A stretch of DNA of 64,000 nt from Eledone cirrhosa (taxonomy: Eukaryota), in NCBI GenBank assembly GCA_964016885.1, contig CAXHJY010001327.1, positions 186,001 to 250,000 on the forward strand, written 5' to 3'. The notes under the pieces are model-generated. The model was not told the DNA's origin. It saw only the letters and a program-made list of their open reading frames with translations, and searched no databases. The position numbers and the translations under genes are program-made. Of this stretch, positions 28,774 through 43,730 are shown piece by piece (the stretch's first letter is position 1; each line of letters opens with the position of its first letter).

Positions 28774-31700
28774 AATGACTGTTACATTGAAATATAAAAC
28801 TAGTAATGGCTTTTACAATGAAATATAGAACTAGTAATGACTGTTACAATGAATATAAAACTAGTAATGACTGTTATAATGAAATATAGAACTAGTAATG
28901 ACTGTTACAATGAAATATAGAACTAGTAATGACTGTTACAATGAAATATAGAACTAGTAATGACTGTTACAATGAAATATAGAACTAGTAATGACTGTTA
29001 CATTGAAATATAAAACTAGTAATGGCTATTACAATGAAATATAGAACTAGTAATGACTGTTACATTGAAATATAAAACTAGTAATGGCTTTTACAATGAA
29101 ATATAGAACTTGTAATGACTGTTACAATGAAATATAAAACTAGTAATGACTTATAATGAAATATAGAATTAGTAATGACTGTTACAATGAAATATAAAAC
29201 TAGTAATGACTGTTACAATGAAATATTGAACAAGTAATGACTGTTACAATGAAATATAAAACTAGTAATGACTGTTACAACGAACTATAAAACTAGTAAT
29301 GACTGTTACAATGAAATATAGTACTAGAAATGACTGTTACAATGAATATAAAACTAGTAATGACTGTTACCATGAATATAAAACTAGTAATGACTTACCA
29401 TGAATATAAAACTAGTAATGACTGTTACAATGAAAAATAGTTCTAGTAATGACTGTTACAATGAAATATAGTTCTAGTAATGACTGTTATAATGAAATAT
29501 AGAACTGGTAATGACTGTTACAATGAAATATAGAACGAGTATTGACTGTGGCAATGAAATATAGAATTAGTAATGACTGTCACAATGAAATATAGTTCTA
29601 GTAATGACGGTTACAATGAAATATAGAACTAGTAATGACTGTTACAATGAAATATAGAACTAGTAATGACTGTTACAATGAAATATAGAACTAGTAATGA
29701 CTGTTACAATGAAATAAACAACTATTAATGACTGTTACAATGAAATAATGAACTAGTGATGACTGTTACAATGAAATAATGAACTAGTCATGACTGTTAC
29801 AATGAAATATAAAACTAGTAATGACTGTTACAATGAAATATAGTACTAGTAATGACTGTTACAATGAATATAAAACTAGTAATGACTGTTACCATGAATA
29901 TAAAACTAGTAATGACTTACCATGAATATAAAACTAGTAATGACTGTTACAATGAAATAATGAACTAGTAATGACTGTTACAATGAAATATAAAACTAGT
30001 AATGACTGTTACAATGAAATATAGTACTAGTAATGACTGTTACAATGAATATAAAACTAGTAATGACTGTTACCATGAATATAAAACTAGTAATGACTGT
30101 TACCATGAATATAAAACTAGTAATGACTGTTACAATGAAATATAGTTCTAGTAATGACTGTTACAATGAAATATAGAACTGGTAATGACTGTTACAATGA
30201 AATATAAAACTAGTAATGACTGTTACAATGAAATATAAAACTACTAATGACTTATAATGAAATATAGAATTAGTAATGACTGTTACAATGAAATATAAAA
30301 CTAGTAATGACTGTTACAATGAAATATTGAACTAGTAATGACTGTTACAATGAAATATAAAACTAGTAATGACTGTTACAATGAACTATAAAACTAGTAA
30401 TGACTGTTACAATGAAATATAGTACTAGTAATGACTGTTACAATGAATATAAAACTAGTAATGACTGTTACAATGAATATAAAACTAGTAATGACTATTA
30501 TAATGAAATATAGAACAAGTAATGACTGTTACAATGAAATATAGAACTAGTAATGACTGTTACATTGAAATATAAAACTAGTAATGGCTATTACAATGAA
30601 ATATAGAACTAGTAATGACTGTTACAATGAAATATAGAACTAGTAATGACTGTTACAATCAAATATAAAACTAGTAATGACTGTTACAATCATATATAAA
30701 ACTAGTAATGACTTATAATGAAATATAGAATTAGTAATGACTGTTACAATGAAATATAAAACTAGTAATGACTGTCACAATGAAATAATGAACTAGTAAT
30801 GACTGTCACAATGAAATAATGAACTAGTAATGACTGTTACAATGAAATATAAAACTAGTAATGACTGTTACAATGAAATATAGTACTAGTAATGACTGTT
30901 ACAATGAATATAAAACTAGTAATGACTGTTACCATGAATATAAAACTAGTAATGACTGTGACCATGAATATAAAACTAGTAATGACTGTTACAATGAAAT
31001 AATGAACTAGTATTGACTGTTACAATGAAATATAAAACCAGTAATGACTGTTACCATGAATATAAAACTAGTAATGACTGTTACCATGAATATAAAACTA
31101 GTAATGACTGTTACAATGAAATATAGTTCTAGTAATGACTGTTACAATGAAATATAGAACTGGTAATGACTGTTACAATGAAATATAAAACTAGTAATGA
31201 CTGTTACAATGAAATATAAAACTAATAATGACTTATAATGAAATATAGAATTAGTAATGACTGTTACAATGAAATATAAAACTAGTAATGACTGTTACAA
31301 TGAAATATAAAACTAGTAATGACTGTTACAATGAACTATAAAACTAGTAATGACCGTTACAATGAACTATAAAACTAGTAATGACTGTTACAATGAAATA
31401 TAGTACTAGAAATGACTGTTACATTGAAATATAAAACTAGTAATGGCTTTTACAATGAAATATAGAACTAGTAATGACTGTTACAATGAATATAAAACTA
31501 GTAATGACTGTTATAATGAAATATAGAACTAGTAATGACTGTTACAATGAAATATAGAACTAGTAATGACTGTTACAATGAAATATAGAACTAGTAATGA
31601 CTGTTACAATGAAATATAGAACTAGTAATGACTGTTACATTGAAATATAAAACTAGTAATGGCTATTACAATGAAATATAGAACTAGTAATGACTGTTAC

Positions 31701-34047
31701 ATTGAAATATAAAACTAGTAATGGCTTTTACAATGAAATATAGAACTTGTAATGACTGTTACAATGAAATATAAAACTAGTAATGACTTATAATGAAATA
31801 TAGAATTAGTAATGACTGTTACAATGAAATATAAAACTAGTAATGACTGTTACAATGAAATATTGAACAAGTAATGACTGTTACAATGAAATATAAAACT
31901 AGTAATGACTGTTACAACGAACTATAAAACTAGTAATGACTGTTACAATGAAATATAGTACTAGAAATGACTGTTACAATGAATATAAAACTAGTAATGA
32001 CTGTTACCATGAATATAAAACTAGTAATGACTTACCATGAATATAAAACTAGTAATGACTGTTACAATGAAAAATAGTTCTAGTAATGACTGTTACAATG
32101 AAATATAGTTCTAGTAATGACTGTTATAATGAAATATAGAACTGGTAATGACTGTTACAATGAAATATAGAACGAGTATTGACTGTGGCAATGAAATATA
32201 GAATTAGTAATGACTGTCACAATGAAATATAGTTCTAGTAATGACGGTTACAATGAAATATAGAACTAGTAATGACTGTTACAATGAAATATAGAACTAG
32301 TAATGACTGTTACAATGAAATATAGAACTAGTAATGACTGTTACAATGAAATAAACAACTATTAATGACTGTTACAATGAAATAATGAACTAGTGATGAC
32401 TGTTACAATGAAATAATGAACTAGTCATGACTGTTACAATGAAATATAAAACTAGTAATGACTGTTACAATGAAATATAGTACTAGTAATGACTGTTACA
32501 ATGAATATAAAACTAGTAATGACTGTTACCATGAATATAAAACTAGTAATGACTTACCATGAATATAAAACTAGTAATGACTGTTACAATGAAATAATGA
32601 ACTAGTAATGACTGTTACAATGAAATATAAAACTAGTAATGACTGTTACAATGAAATATAGTACTAGTAATGACTGTTACAATGAATATAAAACTAGTAA
32701 TGACTGTTACCATGAATATAAAACTAGTAATGACTGTTACCATGAATATAAAACTAGTAATGACTGTTACAATGAAATATAGTTCTAGTAATGACTGTTA
32801 CAATGAAATATAGAACTGGTAATGACTGTTACAATGAAATATAAAACTAGTAATGACTGTTACAATGAAATATAAAACTACTAATGACTTATAATGAAAT
32901 ATAGAATTAGTAATGACTGTTACAATGAAATATAAAACTAGTAATGACTGTTACAATGAAATATTGAACTAGTAATGACTGTTACAATGAAATATAAAAC
33001 TAGTAATGACTGTTACAATGAACTATAAAACTAGTAATGACTGTTACAATGAAATATAGTACTAGTAATGACTGTTACAATGAATATAAAACTAGTAATG
33101 ACTGTTACAATGAATATAAAACTAGTAATGACTATTATAATGAAATATAGAACAAGTAATGACTGTTACAATGAAATATAGAACTAGTAATGACTGTTAC
33201 ATTGAAATATAAAACTAGTAATGGCTATTACAATGAAATATAGAACTAGTAATGACTGTTACAATGAAATATAGAACTAGTAATGACTGTTACAATCAAA
33301 TATAAAACTAGTAATGACTGTTACAATCATATATAAAACTAGTAATGACTTATAATGAAATATAGAATTAGTAATGACTGTTACAATGAAATATAAAACT
33401 AGTAATGACTGTCACAATGAAATAATGAACTAGTAATGACTGTCACAATGAAATAATGAACTAGTAATGACTGTTACAATGAAATATAAAACTAGTAATG
33501 ACTGTTACAATGAAATATAGTACTAGTAATGACTGTTACAATGAATATAAAACTAGTAATGACTGTTACCATGAATATAAAACTAGTAATGACTGTGACC
33601 ATGAATATAAAACTAGTAATGACTGTTACAATGAAATAATGAACTAGTATTGACTGTTACAATGAAATATAAAACCAGTAATGACTGTTACCATGAATAT
33701 AAAACTAGTAATGACTGTTACCATGAATATAAAACTAGTAATGACTGTTACAATGAAATATAGTTCTAGTAATGACTGTTACAATGAAATATAGAACTGG
33801 TAATGACTGTTACAATGAAATATAAAACTAGTAATGACTGTTACAATGAAATATAAAACTAATAATGACTTATAATGAAATATAGAATTAGTAATGACTG
33901 TTACAATGAAATATAAAACTAGTAATGACTGTTACAATGAAATATAAAACTAGTAATGACTGTTACAATGAACTATAAAACTAGTAATGACCGTTACAAT
34001 GAACTATAAAACTAGTAATGACTGTTACAATGAAATATAGTACTAGA
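28774..34047 (+). repeat. Second occurrence of the 2,637-bp tandem duplication, inside copy 2 of the 11,253-bp unit
   Basis: tagaacgagt at 29531/32168, with the same junction sequence at ~31411. Confidence 0.9.
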
Positions 34048-37000
34048 AATGACTGTTACAATGAATATAAAACTAGTAATGACTGTTACCATGAATATAA
34101 AACTAGTAATGACTTACCATGAATATAAAACTAGTAATGACTGTTACAATGAAATATAGTTCTAGTAATGACTGTTACAATGAAATATAGTTCTAGTATT
34201 GACTGTTACAATGAAATATAGAACTGGTAATGATTGTTACAATGGAATATAGAACTAGTAATGACTGTTACAATGAAATATAGAACTAGTATTGACTGCG
34301 ACAATGAAATATAGAATTAGTAATGACTGTCACAATGAAATATAGTTCTAGTAATGACTGTTACAATGAAATATAGAACTAGTAATGACTGTTACAATGA
34401 AATATAGAACTAGTAATGACTGTTACAATGAAATATAGAACTAGTAATGACTGTTACAATGAAATATAGAATTAGGAATGACTGTCACAATGAAATATAA
34501 AACTAGTAATGACTGTAACAATGAAATATAGAACTAGTAATGACTGTTACAATGAAATATAAAACTAGTAATGACTGTTACAATGAATATAAAACTAGTA
34601 ATGACTGTTACAATGAAATATAAAACTAGTAATGACTGTTACATTGAAATATAAAACTAGTAATGGCTATTACAATGAAATATAGAACTAGTAATGACTG
34701 TTACAATGAAATATAAAACTAGTAATGACTGTTACAATGAAATATAAAACTAGTAATGACTGTTACAATGAAATATAAAACTAGTAATGACTTATAATGA
34801 AATATAGTACTAGTAATGATTGTTACAATGAATATAAAACTAGTAATGACTGTTACCATGAATATGAAACTAGTAATGACTGTTATAATGAAATATAGAA
34901 CCAGTAATGACTGTTACAATGAAATATAGAACTAGTAATGACTGTTACAATGAAATATAGAACTAGTAATGACTGTTACAATGAAATATAGAACTAGTAA
35001 TGACTGTTACATTGAAATATAAAACTAGTAATGGCTATTACGATGAAATATAGAACTAGTAATGACTGTTACATTGAAATATAAAACTAGTAATGGCTTT
35101 TACAATGAAATATAGAACTAGTAATGACTGTTACAATGAAATATAAAACTAGTAATGACTGTTACAATGAATATAAAACTAGTAATGACTGTTATAATGA
35201 AATATAGAACTAGTAATGACTGTTACAATGAAATATAGAACTAGTAATGACTGTTACAATGAAATATAGAACTAGTAATGACTGTTACAATGAAATATAG
35301 AACTAGTAATGACTTACATTGAAATATAAAACTAGTAATGGCTATTACAATGAAATATAGAACTAGTAATGACTGTTACATTGAAATATAAAACTAGTAA
35401 TGGCTTTTACAATGAAATATAGAACTTGTAATGACTGTTACAATGAAATATAAAACTAGTAATGACTTATAATGAAATATAGAATTAGTAATGACTGTTA
35501 CAATGAAATATAAAACTAGTAATGACTGTTACAATGAAATATAGTACTAGAAATGACTGTTACAATGAATATAAAACTAGTAATGACTGTTCCAATGAAT
35601 ATAAAACTAGTAATGACTGTTACAATGAATATAAAACTAGTAATGACTGTTACAATGAATATAAAACTAGTAATGACTTATAATGAAATATAGAACTAGT
35701 AATGACTGTTACAATGAAATATAGAACTAGTAATAACTGTTACAATGAAATATAGAACTAGTAATGACTGTTACAATGAAATATAAAACTAGTAATGACT
35801 GTTACAATGAAATATAGAACTAGTAATAACTCTTACAATGAATATAAAACTAGTAATAACTCTTACAATGAATATAAAACTAGTAATGACTGTTACAAGG
35901 AATATAAAACTAGTAATGAATTGTAATGAAATATAGAACTAGTAATGACTGTTACAATGAAATATAGAACTAGTAATGACTGTTACATTGAAATATAGAA
36001 CTAGTAATGACTGTTACATTGAAATATAAAACTAGTAATGGCTATTACAATGAAATATAAAACTAGCAATGACTTACAATGAAATATAAAACTAGTAATG
36101 ACTTATAATGAAATATAGAATTAGTAATGACTGTTACAATGAAATAATGAACTAGTAATGACTGTTACAATGAAATAATGAACTAGGAATGACTGTTACA
36201 ATGAAATATAAAACTAGTAATGACTGTTACAATGAAATATAAAACTAGTAATGACTGTTACGATGAAATATAGTACTAGAATTGACTGTTACAATGAATA
36301 TAAAACTAGTAATGACTGTTACCATGAATATAAAACTAGTAATGCCTTTTACAATGAAATATAGTTCTAGTAATGACTGTTACAATGAAATATAGTTCTA
36401 GTAATGACTGTTACAATGAAATATAGAACTGGTAATGACTGTTACAATGAAATATAAAACTAGTAATGACTGTTACAATGAAATAGATAACTAGTAATAA
36501 CTGTTACAATGAATATAAAACTAGGAATGACTGTTACAATGAAATATAGTTCTAGTAATGACTGTTACAATGAAATATAGTTCTAGTAATGACTGTTACA
36601 ATGAATATAAAACTAGTAATGACTGTTATAATGAAATATAGAACTAGTAATGACTGTTTCAAAGAAATATAGAACTAGTAATGACTGTTACAATGAAATA
36701 TAGAACTAGTAATGACTGTTACATTGAAATATAAAACTAGTAATGGCTGTTACAATGAAATATAGAACTAGTAATGACTGTTACAATGAAATATAAAACT
36801 AGTAATGACTGTTACAATGAAATATAGAATTAGTAATGACTGTTACAATGAAATATAAAACTAGTAATGACTGTTACATGAAATATTGAACTAGTATTGA
36901 CTGTTACAATGAAATATAAAACTAGTAATGACTGTTACGATGAACTATAAAACTAGTAATGACTGTTACAATGAATATAAAACTAGTAATGACTGATACC

Positions 37001-37952
37001 ATGAATATAAAACTAGTAATGACTGATACCATGAATATAAAACTAGTAATGACTGTTACAATGAAATATAGTTCTAGTAATGACTGTTACAATGAAATAT
37101 AGTTCTAGTAATGACTGTTACAATGAAATATAGTTCTAGTAATGACTGTTACAATGAAATATAGTTCTAGTAATGACTGTTACAATGAAATATAGAACTG
37201 GTAATGACTGTTACAATGAAATATAGAACTAGTATTGACTGCGACAATGAAATATAGAATTAGTAATGACTGTCACAATGAAATATAGTTCTAGTAATGA
37301 CTGTTACAATGAAATATAGAACTAGTACTGACTGTTACAATGAAATATAGAACTAGTAATGACTGTTACAATGAAATATAGAATTAGTAATGACTGTCAC
37401 AATGAAATATAAAACTAGTAATGACTGTTACAATGAAATATAGAACTAGTAATGACTGTTACATTGAAATATAAAACTAGTAATGACTGTTATAATAAAA
37501 TATAGTACTAGTAATGACTGTTACAATGAATATAAAACTAGTAATGACTGTTACCATGAATATAAAACTAGTAATGACTGTTACAATGAAATATAGTTCT
37601 AGTAATGACTGTTACAATGAAATATAGAACTGGTAATGACTGTTACAATGAAATATAAAACTAGTAATGACTGTTACAATGAAATATAAAACTAATAATG
37701 ACTGTTACAATGAAATATAAAACTAATAATGACTTATGAAATATAGAATTAGTAATGACTGTTACAATGAAATATAAAACTAGTAATGACTGTTACAATG
37801 AAATATAAAACTAGTAATGACTGTTACAATGAACTATAAAACTAGTAATGACCGTTACAATGAACTATAAAACTAGTAATGACTGTTACAATGAAATATA
37901 GTACTAGAAATGACTGTCACAATGAAATATAGTTCTAGTAATGACTGTTACA

Positions 37953-40900
37953 ATGAAATATAGAACTAGTAATGACTGTTACAATGAAATATAGAACTAG
38001 TACTGACTGTTACAATGAAATATAGAACTAGTAATGACTGTTACAATGAAATATAGAATTAGTAATGACTGTCACAATGAAATATAAAACTAGTAATGAC
38101 TGTTACAATGAAATATAGAACTAGTAATGACTGTTACATTGAAATATAAAACTAGTAATGACTGTTATAATAAAATATAGTACTAGTAATGACTGTTACA
38201 ATGAATATAAAACTAGTAATGACTGTTACAACGAATATAAAACTAGTAATGACTGATACAATGAATATAAAACTAGTAATGACTGTTACAATGAAATATA
38301 AAACAATCAATGACTGTTTCAATGAAAAATAGAACTAGTAATGACTGTTACAATGAAATATACAACTAGTAATGACTGTTACAATGAAATATACAACTAG
38401 TAATAACTGTTACAATGGAATATAAAACTAGTAATGACTGTTTCAATGAAATATGGTAGTAGTAATAACTGTTATAATGAAATATAAAACTAGTAATGAC
38501 TGTTACAATGAATATAAAACTAGTAATGACTGTTACAATGAAATATAAAACTAGTAATGACTGTTACAATGAAATATAAAACTAGTAATGACTGTTACAA
38601 TGAATATAAAACTAGTAATGACTGTTACAAGAATATAAAACTAGTAATGACTGTTACAAGGAATATAAAACTAGTAATGACTGTTACAAGGAATATAAAA
38701 CTAGTAATGACTGTTTCAATGAAATATAGAACTAGTAATGACTGTTTCAATGAAATATAGAAGTAGTAATGACTGTTACAATGAAATATAGAACTAGTAA
38801 TGACTGTTACATTGAAATATAAAACTAGTAATGGCTATTACAATGAAATATAGAACTAGTAATGACTGTTACAATGAAATATAAAACTAGTAATGACTTA
38901 TAATGAAACATAGAATTAGTAATGACTGTTACAATGAAATATAAAACTAGTAATGACTGTTACAATGTAATAATGAACTAGTAATGTTTGTTACAATGAA
39001 ATATTAAACTAGTAATGACTGTTACAATGAAATATAGTACTAGTAATGACTGTTACAATGAATATAAAACTAGTAATGACTGTTACAATGAATATAAAAC
39101 TAGTAATGACTGTTACAATGAATATAAAACTAGTAATGACTGTTACAATGAATATAAAATTAGTAATGACTGTTATAATGAAATATAGAACTAGTAATGA
39201 CTGTTACAATGAAATATAGAACTAGTAATGAGTGTTATAATGAAATATAGAACTAGTAATGACTGTTACAATGAAATATAGAACTAGTAATGACTGTTAC
39301 ATTGAAATATAAAACTAGTAATGGCTATTACAATGAAATATAGAACTAGTAATGACTGTTACATTGAAATATAAAACTAGTAATGGCTTTTACAATGAAA
39401 TATAGAACTAGTAATGACTGTTACAATGAAATATAAAACTAGTAATGACTTATAATGAAATATAGAATTAGTAATGACTGTTACAATGAAATATAAAACT
39501 AGTAATGACTGTTACAATGAAATATTGAACAAGTAATGACTGTTACAATGAAATATAAAACTAGTAATGACTGTTACAATGAATATAAAACTAGTAATGA
39601 CTGTTACAATGAAATATAAAACTAGTAATGACTGTTACAATGAAATATAGAACTAGTAATAACTGTTACAATGAATATAAAACTAGTAATGACTGTTACA
39701 AGGAATATAAAACTAGTAATGACTGTTACAAGGAATATAAAACTAGTAATGACTTATAATGAAATATAGAACTAGTAATGACTGTTTCAATGAAATATAG
39801 AACTAGTAATGACTGTTACAATGAAATATAGAACTAGTAATGACTGTTACAATGAATATAAAACTAGTAATGACTGTTCCAATGAATATAAAACTAGTAA
39901 TAACTGTTACAATGAATATAAAACTAGTAATAACTGTTACAATGAATATAAAACTAGTAATGACTGTTACAATGAATATAAAACTAGTAATGACTTATAA
40001 TGAAATATAGAATTAGTAATGACTGTTACAATGAAATATAAAACTAGTAATGACTGTTACAATGAAATAATGAACTATAGAACAAGTAATGACTGTTACA
40101 ATGAAATATAGAACTAGTAATGACTGTTACATTGAAATATAAAACTAGTAATGGCTATTACAATGAAATATAGAACTAGTAATGACTGTTACAATGAAAT
40201 ATAGAACTAGTAATGACTGTTACGATCAAATATAAAACTAGTAATGACTGTTACAATCAAATATAAAACTAGTAATGACTGTTACAATCAAATATAAAAC
40301 TAGTAATGACTGTTACAATCAAATATAAAACTAGTAATGACTTATAATGAAATATAGAATTAGTAATGACTGTTACAATGAAATATAAAACTAGTAATGA
40401 CTGTTACAATGAAATAATGAACTAGTAATGACTGTTACAATGAAATATAAAACTAGTAATGACTGTTACAATGAAATATAGTACTAGTAATGACTGTTAC
40501 AATGAATATAATACTAGTAATGACTGTTACCATGAATATAAAACTAGTAATGACTGTGACCATGAATATAAAACTAGTAATGACTGTTACAATGAAATAA
40601 TGAACTAGTAATGACTGTTACAATGAAATATAAAACCAGTAATGACTGTTACCATGAATATAAAACTAGTAATGACTGTTACCATGAATATAAAACTAGT
40701 AATGACTGTTACAATGAAATATAGTTCTAGTAATGACTGTTACAAAGAAATATAGAACTGGTAATGACTGTTACAATGAAATATAAAACTAGTAATGACT
40801 GTTACAATGAAATATAAAACTAATAATGACTTATAATGAAATATAGAATTAGTAATGACTGTTACAATGAAATATAAAACTAGTAATGACTGTTACAATG

Positions 40901-43730
40901 AAATATAAAACTAGTAATGACTGTTACAATGAACTATAAAACTAGTAATGACCGTTACAATGAACTATAAAACTAGTAATGACTGTTACAATGAAATATA
41001 GTACTAGAAATGACTGTTACAATGAATATAAAACTAGTAATGACTGTTACCATGAATATAAAACTAGTAATGACTGTTACAATGAAATATAGTTCTAGTA
41101 ATGACTGTTACAATGAAATATAGTTCTAGTAATGACTGTTACAATGAAATATAGAACTGGTAATGACTTACAATGAAATATAGAACTAGTAATGACTGTT
41201 ACAATGAAATATAGAACTAGTATTGACTGCGACAATGAAATATAGAATTAGTAATGACTGTCACAATGAAATATAGTTCTAGTAATGACTGTTACAATGA
41301 AATATAGAACTAGTAATGACTGTTACAATGAAATATAGAACTAGTAATGACTGTTACAATGAAATATAGAACTAGTAATGACTGTTACAATGAAATATAG
41401 AACTAGTAATGACTGTTACAATGAAATATAGAATTAGGAATGACCGTCACAATGAAATATAAAACTAGTAATGACTGTAACAATGAAATATAGAACTAGT
41501 AATGACTGTTACAATGAAATATAAAACTAGTAATGACTGTTACAATAAATATAAAACTAGTAATGACTGTTACAATGAAATATAAAACTAGTAATGACTG
41601 TTACATTGAAATATAAAACTAGTAATGGCTATTACAATGAAATATAGAACTAGTAATGACTTATAATGAAATATAGTACTAGTAATGATTGTTACAATGA
41701 ATATAAAACTAGTAATGACTGTTACCATGAATATGAAACTAGTAATGACTGTTACAATGAATATAAATCTAGTAATGACTGTTACAATGAATATAAAACT
41801 AGTAATGACTTATAATGAAATATAGAACCAGTAATGACTGTTACAATGAAATATAGAACTAGTAATGACTGTTACAATGAAATATAGAACTAGTAATGAC
41901 TGTTACAATGAAATATAGAACTAGTAATGACTGTTACATTGAAATATAAAACTAGTAATGGCTATTACAATGAAATATAGAACTAGTAATGACTGTTACA
42001 TTGAAATATAAAACTAGTAATGGCTTTTACAATGAAATATAGAACTAGTAATGACTGTTACAATGAAATATAAAACTAGTAATGACTGTTACAATGAATA
42101 TAAAACTAGTAATGACTGTTATAATGAAATATAGAACTAGTAATGACTGTTACAATGAAATATAGAACTAGTAATGACTGTTACAATGAAATATAGAACT
42201 AGTAATGACTGTTACAATGAAATATAGAACTAGTAATGACTGTTACATTGAAATATAAAACTAGTAATGGCTATTACAATGAAATATAGAACTAGTAATG
42301 ACTGTTACATTGAAATATAAAACTAGTAATGGCTTTTACAATGAAATATAGAACTTGTAATGACTGTTACAATGAAATATAAAACTAGTAATGACTTATA
42401 ATGAAATATAGAATTAGTAATGACTGTTACAATGAAATATAAAACTAGTAATGACTGTTACAATGAAATATTGAACAAGTAATGACTGTTACAATGAAAT
42501 ATAAAACTAGTAATGACTGTTACAACGAACTATAAAACTAGTAATGACTGTTACAATGAAATATAGTACTAGAAATGACTGTTACAATGAATATAAAACT
42601 AGTAATGACTGTTACCATGAATATAAAACTAGTAATGACTTACCATGAATATAAAACTAGTAATGACTGTTACAATGAAAAATAGTTCTAGTAATGACTG
42701 TTACAATGAAATATAGTTCTAGTAATGACTGTTATAATGAAATATAGAACTGGTAATGACTGTTACAATGAAATATAGAACGAGTATTGACTGTGGCAAT
42801 GAAATATAGAATTAGTAATGACTGTCACAATGAAATATAGTTCTAGTAATGACGATTACAATGAAATATAGAACTAGTAATGACTGTTACAATGAAATAT
42901 AGAACTAGTAATGACTGTTACAATGAAATATAGAACTAGTAATGACTGTTACAATGAAATATACAACTATTAATGACTGTTACAATGAAATAATGAACTA
43001 GTGATGACTGTTACAATGAAATAATGAACTAGTCATGACTGTTACAATGAAATATAAAACTAGTAATGACTGTTACAATGAAATATAGTACTAGTAATGA
43101 CTGTTACAATGAATATAAAACTAGTAATGACTGTTACCATGAATATAAAACTAGTAATGACTTACCATGAATATAAAACTAGTAATGACTGTTACAATGA
43201 AATAATGAACTAGTAATGACTGTTACAATGAAATAATGAACTAGTAATGACTGTTACAATGAAATATAAAACTAGTAATGACTGTTACAATGAAATATAG
43301 TACTAGTAATGACTGTTACAATGAATATAAAACTAGTAATGACTGTTACCATGAATATAAAACTAGTAATGACTGTTACCATGAATATAAAACTAGTAAT
43401 GACTGTTACAATGAAATATAGTTCTAGTAATGACTGTTACAATGAAATATAGAACTGGTAATGACTGTTACAATGAAATATAAAACTAGTAATGACTGTT
43501 ACAATGAAATATAAAACTACTAATGACTGTTACAATGAAATATAAAACTACTAATGACTTATAATGAAATATAGAATTAGTAATGACTGTTACAATGAAA
43601 TATAAAACTAGTAATGACTGTTACAATGAAATATTGAACTAGTAATGACTGTTACAATGAAATATAAAACTAGTAATGACTGTTACAATGAACTATAAAA
43701 CTAGTAATGACTGTTACAATGAAATATAGT
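37953..43730 (+). repeat. Older diverged copy of block ~8920-14210 (offset ~29.0-29.5 kb)
   Basis: caatcaatg 9275/38304 (29,029), tagtaatgttt 9951/38979 (29,028), ttaggaatgaccgtc 12091/41434, tagaacgagt 13311/42776. The marker order is the same, with several monomer indels and substitutions. Confidence 0.82.

Larger units (their letters stand above)
15491..37952 (+). repeat. Large near-identical tandem duplication, unit 11,253 bp (copy 1 ~15491-26743, copy 2 ~26744-37952)
   Basis: Offset 11,253 for agaattagga 15611/26864, ttaggaatgaccg 17058/28311, tagaacgagt 18278/29531 and 20915/32168, (ttc)tagtattg 22941/34194, and gctattacga 23781/35034. The offset becomes 11,222 for cttatgaaat 26511/37733 after loss of one monomer near 36140. 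Confidence 0.92.
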
